Positions 37,130-47,200 of a DNA stretch of 64,000 bases are shown here, one piece after another; position 1 is the stretch's first letter; each line of letters begins with the position of its first letter. The DNA comes from Anthoceros angustus. Its lineage: Eukaryota > Plantae > Anthocerotophyta. A model generated the notes under the pieces. It did not search any database. It was not told the origin of the DNA and saw nothing but the letters and a program-made list of their open reading frames with translations. The position numbers were made by a program, and so were the translations under genes. The stretch lies in contig MU008159.1 of NCBI GenBank assembly GCA_010909165.1, positions 2,294,001 to 2,358,000 of the forward strand, given 5' to 3'.

Positions 37130-40100
37130 TTGCAGAGATTGAAGATGGCAAGCGGAGGAGCAAGAAGGACCATTTTGAGGAATATGACCGCCCGCCATGC
37201 GCGGCCAAGAAGGCCAGAGGAGGCTCAAAGGCGAGCAAACCGCGCCCACGCGGACATCATGGAGGCACCTCCATCCAGTCGCCGGTTGGAGACATCTTGC
37301 CATCCGCCATGCTCCAACAATGGAGGGGGGCATTCTTGGGGCAAGCAAAATCGCAGCGCATCATCTGCCAAAATCAGTTCCACAAAGGTTGCTGGAGAGC
37401 AAGGGACGAAGAAGGTTGGTAAGAGCGAAACAACCTATTCCACCCGATTCATACCCATACTATGAGGAGATCCCCATATCAGCGTGTATCCGGGCAGCTC
37501 GACAATGTTGTGGTTGTGGAGAAGGATGGATGCTTGTGCAGATCCATGACCTCATCGACCGCAATGCGCCATGGACCCCTTTGTTGAAGTTGTGGATCAT
37601 GGGATATAGGGGGCTCGCCAAATCGAGAGCAAGAGTGGGGTTGTTTGGGCTACTTTGGACTTCAATGAAGGGGAGAGTTCACTTTTTGTGCACCACAAAG
37701 GCATACCAAGATGAGGAAGTTTCCAGTGATCCGCGTTTATACAAGTCTCTTGTTCTTAGCCTCGAAAGGGTTTCACTGGAAGAAGTGTGCACCTCGTGGC
37801 CTTGTTGAAGATTTCCGCGATTCCATGCGACAGAGAGTATTGCCAATCGCATTCCTTCGCAGCTTCTTCACATGTGAGAGTCACGACATTGTGGATATGT
37901 TTTTCCTACCATCTTCCGTGCACCACTAGTTGCGAGGGCACTCATACGAGCTATCGCGAAAAGATTACACAAACTATGAGGGCCCACAAGAGGGAAATGT
38001 CTATGCGTCGAGCCCAAGCCTCCAAGAACGGTGATGTGGTGGAAGAAGATCATGAGGAGAGTGAGCTTGGCCCATCGACGAGGAAGATGGGCTTTACCAG
38101 TTAGTCAAGCGCATTCGACGGAAGGATCCGGGGCACAGTGAATCGGACAGATGCCGAGGACCTTCCCAATCTTCAAACTCCGACTCCTTCCGTTATGGTT
38201 CCCACCATGCAATATGACCCGGATGCGGCAGGCGCCGGCCGGCCGCCTAGTCATCTTCAGTTCCCAAGAGCCAACGCATCCGATCGGGTTTATAAGATTC
38301 AAGGAAGGTGCAGTGGTTTGGGCGCCGGCCGGCCGGCGCCACCAATCCTCCCACCACAGGCAAAAGAGAGCAAGATGGCACCGGTCGCAGTTCGGTCCCC
38401 GGAGAAAAGGACATGGCGGATGCGGGGATGTGGGTATGGAGGCCGAGGAAGCTCAAAGGCAAAAGACCCCACGGACATCATGGAGGCACCTCCATCCAGT
38501 CGCCGGTTGGAGACATCTTGCCATCCGGCCATGCTCCAACGGCGGCATTCTTGGGGCAAGCAAAATCGGCAGCGATCATCCGCCAAAATCAGTTCCACAA
38601 AGGTTCTGGAGAGCAAGGGACGAAGAAGGTTGGTAAGAGCGAAACAACCTATTCCACCCGATTCCGCCACCTATTTATGAGGAGATCCCCATATCAGCGT
38701 ATCCGGGGCACGACAATGTTGTGGTTGTGGAGAAGGACGGATGCTTGTGCAGGATCCACACCCTCATCGACCGCAATGCGCCATGGACCCCTTTGTTGAA
38801 GTTGTGGATCATGGGATATAGGGGGCTCGCCAAATCGAGAGCAAGAGCGGGTTGTTTGGGCTACTTTGGACTTCAATGAAGGCGAGCGAGTTCACTTTTT
38901 GTGCACCACAAAGGCATACCAAGATGAGGAAGTTTCGGGATCCGCTTATACAAGTCTCTTGTTCTTAGCTCGAAAGGGTTTCACTGGAAGAAGTGTGCAC
39001 CTCGTGGCCTTGTTGAAGATTTCCGCGATTCCATGCGACAGAGAGAAGTATTGCCAATCGCATTCCTTCGCAGCTTCTTCACATGTGAGAGTCACGACAT
39101 TGTGGATATGTTTTTCCTACCATCTTCCGTGCACCACTAGTTGCGAGGGCACTCATACGAGCTATCTGCGAAAAGATTACACAAACTATGAGGGCCCACA
39201 AGAGGGAAATGTCTCGAGCCCAAGCCTCCACAGAGAACCGGTGATGTGGTGGAAGAAGATCATGAGGAGAGTGAGCTTGGCCCATCGACGAGGAAGATGG
39301 GCTTTACCGGTTAGTCAAGCGCAACAAGGATCCGGGGCATGTGAATCAGAGATGCCGAGGACCTTCCCAATCTTCAAACTCCGACTCCTTCCGTTATGGT
39401 TCCCACCATGCAATATGACCCGGATGCGGCAGGCGCCGGCCGGCGCCTAGTCATCTTCGTTCCCAAGAGCTGCCAACGCCAGATCCGGACTGGTTTATAA
39501 GATTCAAGGAAGGTGCAGGTGGTTTGGGCGCCGGCCGGCGCCCACCTCAATCCTCCCACCACACAGGGCAAAAGAGAGCAAGATGGCACCGTGCAGTTCG
39601 TCCCCGGAGAAAAGGACATGGCGGATGCGGGGATGTGGGTATGGAGGCCGAGGAGGCGCCGGCCGGCCGCCTCAACCTTCATGCCCAACGATCAGAGTGT
39701 ACCGAGTGGTGCGCAAGGGCAAGGGAAGTGCAGCGCACACAGGACGGAGAATTGGGAAGGAAAACCAAAAGGCAAAGAAGGGTGGAAGAGAAGATGCCAT
39801 GGGAGGGACATAACCACGCTCATATTCAAACCGACGAGGAAAGGTTGGAAGAGGCTATGAGGGATGCAGATCCATTGACTCGCTTAAGGGATTCTATACC
39901 AAGAAGGTGGTGCAGAAACGTGTTAGTGAAGTTGGAGAACTTGAGACCGGCAGATATTACTCACGCAGATCCGGAGGGTTGATGAGGCTTGGGCAAACTA
40001 TCTTGCCCGTGTTATAGCGAAGGCGGATAGAGGAGGGAGTTCCTTTTGTGTATGATTGATCCGAGCGAGTGCCGATCCGAGTCGGATCGGAAGCAATGGC

Positions 40101-41900
40101 GTGCAAAGAAGTATGTCATGGGAGTTCTTGGTGGTAACCACACCACGCAGCTATGAAGCACTTATCGATATCTCACCCGGAAAGAAGCGGTTCCAATATG
40201 TTGAAGCACATGTGTATTGTGGGCTTACTGCATGAGATGCGGTGCTTGCAAAGATCACAATATGATGTCCGATCAAGAAAGAAGATGAACTTTATAGAGC
40301 AAGTCGTATTTAAGGGACGAGTTGATCATCGCAAAGAGGGAAGAAGTGCAAATGACCATGTCCGGAAATACAACTGCAAAGTCCTAGGTTTGATTGAAGA
40401 CGATGAAGGGCGGGAGGACGACGTGTACAAGCGTAACAAAGTGGACAATCGGACCCACATTCTGTGTATTACAAGGTGATGGGAAGGTGTGGGAGAATGT
40501 GGACAAGATTTTTCCAAATGGGAAGCGAGAGCTTCAATAAGAAACACGCCTCGGGACAAGCAAGAAAGGGAAAGGCAAGCGCATGGCGGATGACCAAGTG
40601 TTGATAGTGTGTACGTCAAGCCTAGAGACATGTTGGCCAAGCCACGAAATCTTTTCGTGGAATACCGCTTGGAGAGTGTGGCCAAGAATACCGATAAGCG
40701 CCACCGAGAAGGTGTTGTAGATAGATCCAAGGGGATGGAGGAAGAGATCACACTGGAAAAATTTCATATCATACAAGTAGCAATGGTGAAGCATCTCTCA
40801 CCGTCATTTGAAGAGGTGCGCGAGGAGTATCCTTTACATTCTACGGACAATATGCTAGCACGATTCCAAAATTTCCTGAAAGGTATGTCCGTGATCGTTT
40901 TTTTTTCGTCATATTGAACAGGACCGGGATCGATGCGGCGCCGGCCGGCCGCCGCGCCCCGTCCTCGCATATGTTTCATGATGTTGCCGCCGCCCACTCA
41001 CCAGATATGTAGGCGCCGGCCGGCGCCTTCAATCCAACGCGAAAATGAGGCGCCGGCCGGCCGGCGCCCTCCCCGTAATGACTAACGTGGCTCGCAGCAA
41101 TTGAAAGACATCGGTGTCGATAAAACCCACCGACTTCCAGATTTTATTTTCGAGATAAACAATTGGAAAGGGCTTGAAGACGAGCACAGATTAGCGGACA
41201 AGGACCGGAGGAAGGTCTTGAGGTTTTCACAGGCCCATCAACAGAGCCGGTACAATACCAAATCGAAAGTCGTGATGTACAAGATATGCGTGGTTTTCTC
41301 GTAAGGCAAGACACACTTCTCGTCATGGATGTGCCCCGAGGTTTTAACATTGGACCTATGGACAAGAGGGTGGATAAGCAATGATGGATTCTGCCTTCCA
41401 AAGCTTTTGAGAAGACCACTAGCGATGAACCGAGGATGATTGTGATGCATGGAGTGGAGGAGGCACATCTTAGAGAATCAATGCGAAAGTGGAGCGAAAG
41501 GGGCTTGGTGTCGTCAGTATGGACAAGACAAACATGAACAATGACAGGTGGATTTGAGACTGTGGAATACATAACTATCGGATGGGGTCCAAGGATGGGA
41601 GCACAAAGGACAGAATTGCAATGCTACCAAATGCTATGCATGGAACATTCAACAATGGAAGGTCTGTCATTGCTCACGACACAGTTGTCAAAAAACAGTT
41701 TACATGTCACATGACAAGTTGGTGGTCTGCCCTTACCAGAGACCACTAGGGTTGATGACGAGACTTATTACAACCTTCTCCAAAGAGGGAGATTGGGTTC
41801 GGATGCATGCTCGGGAGCGGCACAAGACAAGGGCGTTACTTGCAGGAAGGAGTTGTATCGCCATCGAGGTGACTTGAGATGTGCAGTTATATTTCACAAA
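37130..41900 (+). pseudogene. Multi-exon gene: unknown N-terminal region, ParB/Sulfiredoxin-like domain and beta-class N6-adenine/N4-cytosine DNA methyltransferase domain (frameshifted as given)
   Basis: ParB-like region 39900-40260: LRPADITH-IRRVDEAWANYLARVI...VMIDP...VLGGNH-HAAMKHL...VYCGLT. MTase region 41300-41880: LLVMDVPRGFNIGPMDK (motif IV position), VEYITIGW, then CPYQRPLGLMTRLITTFSKEGDWV-DACS-SGT...ALLAGRSCIAIEVD (motif X/I-II pattern of PF01555). GT-AG intron 40883-41097 with an ACTAAC branch point. Confidence 0.78.
37251..39655 (+). repeat. Direct tandem duplication of about 1221 bp within the 5' part of the ParB-MTase gene
   Basis: CGGACATCATGGAGGCACCTCC at 37251 and 38472. Confidence 0.92.
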
Positions 41901-42639
41901 GAATTCATGGATTTGAGGTGCTCCAGATGCGCTTGAGGAGTTGAATTTTGAAGCCCACCGGAGAGGACTTGCAGTTGGGCAAAGGAGGTTTGCATCACGA
42001 GAAGGACTCCTTGAAAGCACAAGTGGTTTCTTTGAGTGCCGTCGGAATAAGAGCAGATCGGCGATTTGTTGGAGGCTGGCCAACAAACACTCGAGAATGT
42101 TTGGCGATCGGGGATGGTAATGATGAAGACATGATGGGAACGAGGACTCGAGGGCTTTGGTTGAAGTCGACACTTTCGATGAGGAAGAACTTGAGCGGAT
42201 ACGGAACTTGGTCAAGTTTATGATTCGTGTCGCAAGCACCGGTTGAGTCACAAGTTAGCCCGACGTAGACGCTTTGTAGTTGTGAACTATTGTCCGTAGT
42301 GGTCAATTTTTGGCGGAACCTAAAACAGGATGGTCTCCAACCGGCTTGCATGACGCACCCATACCTAGTTTTGTTGTGTTATTACTAGGCCTTTTGTCAA
42401 TGTGGAAATGGATCATCGCACAAAACAAACTACTTTTGAGGACTAACGGCGCCGCCACCGCCTTGACCCTTCCTTCGGTTTTGTTGTTTCACAACCGCGA
42501 TTCACAGAGGAATCATTGTCCATGGTATGGGACACCCAACTAAAAACACGGTTTTGGGAACCATGTGTTATCCGTGAAGGAGGTTTCGTTCAACGGAAGG
42601 GGGTTGGATATTCACCCCTTCATCAATACCATGTTGTTG

Positions 42640-43060
42640 CCCGATTTTGCAAATGGAATCGAATGTCATGCGCAGAAAGAGATCCTTCAATGGCTTGCAC
42701 GAATCAGCTGTGCAAAATTCTGAGCATTAAGAAGGCGGTTGCAACATGCTCCACACACCATCATTCACCGCATGTCAACAACCTCCTCCTTTCCAAGCTT
42801 GGGCAATAATGTCGCCCAACAAAGACTGCCTCTAAACGCGTTGGTGTTGTAATCACAAGCACTGGAAGAGAACTCAAGCTTGAAGTCTTCCATGCGTCTT
42901 CCACATCTCTCCATCGGTGTTGAAAATGCCATTCCCCAACCGCTCTTCGAACGGAAGGATTCCTTGCCCCGCATGAACTTGGTGCGTTCACATTTTGAAG
43001 CGAGACAAACACATGTGTGTCACAAGCATCCAAGATGCTCGAATCGTGCATCCCATTCGG
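42640..43060 (-). pseudogene. Possible highly decayed PPR fragment
   Basis: Minus-strand MHDSSILDACDTHVFVS...CG and RCGR-VEDAWK resemble PLS-PPR repeats. Weak. Confidence 0.35.
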
Positions 43061-43224
43061 TAGTACACACCGTTAGGATTCGATCCATTACCTTAGGCGC
43101 CTCGGTTGCCTCTTAGAATGTGCCAATTTTACCCCTAGTCTACCTAACATGCATATATAGCCCTACATGCAATATCTAGAAAACGGAATTCCCATGGTTC
43201 AAGGAAGTTGCCTTCCTCGGCCCT

Positions 43225-43490
43225 CGAAATAGGTTTCTATCTACATGCTACTTTTCCCAAGGACCAAGGAACATCCTTCCGAAACCCGAAGACCAAGGAC
43301 TAGGTTTCTATCTACATACCATTTTCCCAAGGACCAAGGAACATCCTTCCAACCTCAAGACCAAGGACTCGAAATAGGCTTCTATCTACTTGCTACTTTC
43401 CCAAGGACCAAGGAACATCATTCAAAACCCCAAGACCAAGGACTTGAGTCTGCTTCTTCCCAAACCCCAAAGACCAAGGACTTGAGTCCT
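43225..43490 (+). repeat. About 70-73-bp subrepeat (3 copies plus a partial) in each array unit; also at about 47645, 48970, 54370 and 63315
   Basis: TTTCTATCTACATGCTACTTTTCCCAAGGACCAAGGAACATCCTTCC...CAAGACCAAGGACT repeated. Confidence 0.9.
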
Positions 43491-44049
43491 ACCTATTTGA
43501 ATAGATAGGACTACCGGACTCGTAGCGGACTTGAGCGCCACCGCTTCTCGGTGTGACCACACCTGGCAACTCCTCCCATCACCACTTCCTAGGACTCCCC
43601 TCTTGTGCGTGGGAAACTAGGCGAGGTAAGAGGAGCTCTCGCTCACCGACATTCGGTGCAAGGAGTCCGTGAGGTCCTCGGGTTAAACAACATGTTCAAG
43701 CCGACTTGTTGGATGAGAAGCTTGTTTCTTTGAATATGCAGTGGGTCATTGTGCTTCTCCTTCCAAGTCGAGCTCTCAAAGCTCGAGCCCGGAGGTGTGC
43801 GGATTGGATATGGGAGTCGTGACACCGTAACCATCGACGTTATGTGAGTAGGGAAAGCTTACGAGGCCGTTGGAGCTCAGAAAATCTGTAGATAGACTAT
43901 TCTATTCCTCGCCCATCTTATATGTCGTGCTAAAACTTTGTGCAGATAAGAAGGACATGGTTGTGGGATGACGCGTTCATGATCTCACTATCAAACTTGG
44001 GTACGAGTCAATCACATACTTGGGGAACCATATCTTGCAGATGTATGTA

Positions 44050-44680
44050 TCTGGAGGTAGGCTACAGGAGGGTGGGCAAACCAAATCCCTTCATGTGGTT
44101 TTCAATAATCTCCGCACATGCTACACATGGGGAGCCTAATGAGGCGATACAACTTTACTATGCGATGTGTCGCTCTGGTGTGAAGGCGGATGCCCACATC
44201 TTTGTAGCAGCCCTTCAAGCTTGTGCATTTTCTTTGTGGACACGAATCTAGCGTAAAAGTGCGGCATGATATGTTGCATGTGACATTCCACCGAACTTGT
44301 TTATTGCCAACTTCGGTGGACATGTACGCAAACCGAATCGGAAGAGGCAAACACGGTTTTCGATAGGTTAGGCGTAGGATGTCGTGACATGGACGGCCTC
44401 GATAGTTGGGTATGCAAATCATGGGCTTGGCCAAGAGGCGCTTGTTCGTATGGACAAATGGAGAAGGAGGGCGATTGTGGCAACCATGTTACCTTTGCTT
44501 GCCTTAAGGCTGTGCAAACGCAAGTGCCTTACAGAGGGCGTGCACTCACATTGTGGAGAGAGGGCTAGATAACACACTTGTGGGCACTTGCCCGGTGGAC
44601 ATGTAGGCAAAGTGTGGCGAAGTAGAAGATGCGCATCAAGTTTTCAATGCTTGAGCATTCTCGCCTTGCAAACGCGACGC
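44050..44680 (+). pseudogene. PLS-class PPR fragment, copy 1
   Basis: KPNPFMWFSIISAHATHGEPNEAIQLYYAM...ADAHIFVAALQAC...VDMYA...DVVTWTASIVGYANHGLGQEAL...HVTFACL...VDM-AKCG-VEDAHQVF. Confidence 0.9.
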
Positions 44681-45389
44681 CGCAACTTTGTTGTCCACTC
44701 GCATTTTCTCATGGCTTCAACATCGCCCCGCATAATTGCCACACTACATCTCTTTCACATTTCACATGGATGCAATACCGCAGGGGAAAGCCGTAGAACA
44801 TCAACATGGGCGCCCCCGATAGCGAACCAAAGAGCGAGGAGAAGAGGGCGCGATGGGCGAGATCGGTAGAATACCCAAGTCGCTTAATGGCTCCGGTACT
44901 CCTTAGTGTATTCATGGATGCTAGTTCATATGGCTTCTCGCATCAAGAAATCACGTCGAGTATGATGTCCAATTTTTGGTGGAAGTTGTTTGTGACTAAA
45001 TGACACATGAAGAGGAGCATGTCTCTTGCACGAAGGTGGTGCATGTCTCTTGCTTGAAGGTGGTGCATCTCTCTTGCCCGAGGGTGTTGTGGAGTCTTGG
45101 TTGCGGCCGCCCGCTTCTGCGGCCGTTCCTAACTCTTGCTATGATTTATGTGAGAGCAAGCAAGTGGTATGCCTTGGGGAACCGTGGCTTGTGTCTCTAC
45201 GATCGCCCGGTGGCTCTGTGAATTTGTCAATGGCACGCTTACAATGTGAATTTGTCAATGGCACGAAGCCCGATCGAGGCGATACAACGTGCAAGATCGC
45301 TTTGCAATGGACCTTGTATATGAGACTACGTTGTGAATTTGGTGTAAACGTGCAGAGGCCGATCCCCTTGTCATACATTTTACAACATA

Positions 45390-45610
45390 CAAGTGCGCTT
45401 TGCAACGGTGTTGTAAATTAGACTATGTTGTAAAATTGTGGGAGGCCTATCTTGGCCTCTCTTAAACGCTTTACAATGTACGTGAGGTTTGCAATGGATC
45501 GTGTTGTAAATTAGATTAGGTTGTACGTATGTTGTAAAACATGAGAGAGGCCCGATCCGCCGTCTCAAACATTTTATACGTATATTATAACGGACGTGTT
45601 GTAAAACACG
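45390..45610. repeat. TTTACAAC/GTTGTAAA motif cluster in the array unit (also at about 51090-51330 and 60070-60330)
   Basis: The same core motif as the CACTA subterminal array at 11.5-13.1 kb, present in both orientations. Confidence 0.75.
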
Positions 45611-45625
45611 GTCCGCAAAGCCCAA

Positions 45626-46660
45626 TTGAATGCTTTGTCTTCAAGCCGGGAGGAGGTGACCGATCGGAGAGAAGCGGGAGGAGGTGACCGACGGACAGAG
45701 GTGTGTTTGGGTATACCTCTTCACTCCCACTTGTTGATCATTTTGGAAAGTGATGCTCCAACAACCGGATCATCTCCTCCTTGTAGGATGGAGTCGGGTG
45801 AAAGCTGCAGATGCATTGCTCACCGCGCCCCCGCCTCGCCGTATATATTCGAGCGTGCTGAGAAACCAGTCCTCACCAGTGCGTTATATTCCTCTTCTTC
45901 ATCTTCACGCCTGCAATTGGAGAAGGGGTTGTGGAGCGTAACGGTCGAGATGTCGCCTCCTAAGGATGCGAACCCCGCCACCAAGAAGAGACTCCTAGGC
46001 CGCTAGCAAGCAAGGCGGCTAGGACAACCGCCTCCTCTGCCGCTGCAAGGGACCCGACATCACGGAAGCTGTGAGCATTAAGAAACGGAGCGCCCGCACA
46101 ACGCTGGCAGGCCGAGGACTAGGCGCGAGGCCATAATCGCGAGGACAATCGCGGAGGACATGGGAGGTCCTCCATTGCGGCGCTTAGCTTCCACAATTTC
46201 TCCCACGCTGCCCCTACGCCACTGGCCGCAAAGAGGGAGCTCGGGGCCTCAGCCTGTGGGCCCGAGGCTATGTACGAGGGAGGTGAGGCCCTCACGGCCT
46301 CAATTTCCCTCGAGGTAACCCCGATAAGGATGTGAAGATTGTGAGCCTAATGCGCACCTGTGCCTCCTATCTCGTATCGATGCAAGCATACCGTCGGTCA
46401 TGAAGCGGATCGAGTGCGTGAGTTACTGCCTCGGGTCATGTTGTAAGTCGCCATGAAGTGACCGGGTTTTGCTTCATCTCGCCTCCTACTCCCACTCGCC
46501 TAAAGCTATCTAATTGCTTTGTGTCTTGACCGCAGGATCTCTTGAGGATTGAGGAGGATCTGTTCCTCCCAAGATTACATGTGCGGTGAGGACTCGATGC
46601 CGAAGGCCTCCGGTCCCTCCGACTCGAGAATCCAAAGGAAGAGTCCTCCGAGACCGATGT
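45626..46660 (+). pseudogene. GC-rich spliced ORF remnant of unknown (probably TE) origin; copies at about 51.4-52.2, 52.3-53.1 and 60.3-61.4 kb
   Basis: ORF-like MSPPKDANPA...EDMGGPPLRRLASTISPT...NFPRGNPDKDVKIVSLG, with an acceptor-like TTGACCGCAG|GATC at about 46535. Confidence 0.4.
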
Positions 46661-46694
46661 AACTGAGCCGGGATTAGGTAGCAGGGCATGTAGG

Positions 46695-47200
46695 CTAGTT
46701 GGGGTTAGATAGGAAAGTTCCGGACTCTCCTAACCCCGGACCTCGAACATGCTTCTCGCAGCTCTTTTGAAAGAGCTGTATATATCCGCAGGGTTTTCTT
46801 GTGTAGGCACATACTCCAGCTTGCTTGACTAACCTTCCGCTTGCGTTTGGCCGTGTTTGAGCTCGAAGTGAGATCAAGATTCGGAAGTGAGGTGAGGAGT
46901 CAAAGTGTGAGCTCCTCTTCACTCAGAAGGTCACCAGAGGATCCTTCAACCTTAGCAGCTAAGGATCTAAATACTCCTATGTGTTTTTCAGTGGAATCAC
47001 CTCAATGCTGCCATTACACTAATGACATTTCGTCCTGCATACAGGTCCTTCAACCTCTTCCAGATCTGCAGCTGACATTTCAACATTTCAACATGCCTCT
47101 ACATTTCAGATGTTACGACTAACCATGCTTCGTGAAATCCCTCAGATTGGTTTTTCAGCACTCGCATACTATGTAGATTATCGCAAGTGAAGGCCTATCG
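46695..47200 (-). mobile_element. Ty1/copia RNase H C-terminal remnant (repeated at about 53142-53290, 53440-53580, 61400-61540 and 62380-62520)
   Basis: EYVPTQENPADILTKALSKE (clearest in ORFs 53142-53384 and 53321-53638), with an upstream CDN...KN...FH-like segment. Confidence 0.75.

Larger units (their letters stand above)
28713..42635. mobile_element. 13.9-kb two-gene TIR DNA transposon (DUF7869 transposase plus ParB-like/DNA methyltransferase gene)
   Basis: Left end AACATGCTATTTAGTGAAGGGGGTGATTATTC (from 28713). The right end reads AACATGGTATTGATGAAGGGGTGAATATC in reverse complement (ending at 42635). These are imperfect TIRs of the same family as 3235/5344. GTTG flanks both ends (28709-28712 and 42636-42639). 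Confidence 0.78.

Noticed and set aside
39900-41900. Bacterial or phage contamination as the source of the ParB-MTase
   Set aside because: There is a spliceosomal-type intron, the gene lies inside a TIR element with a eukaryotic-type transposase, and no operon context exists.
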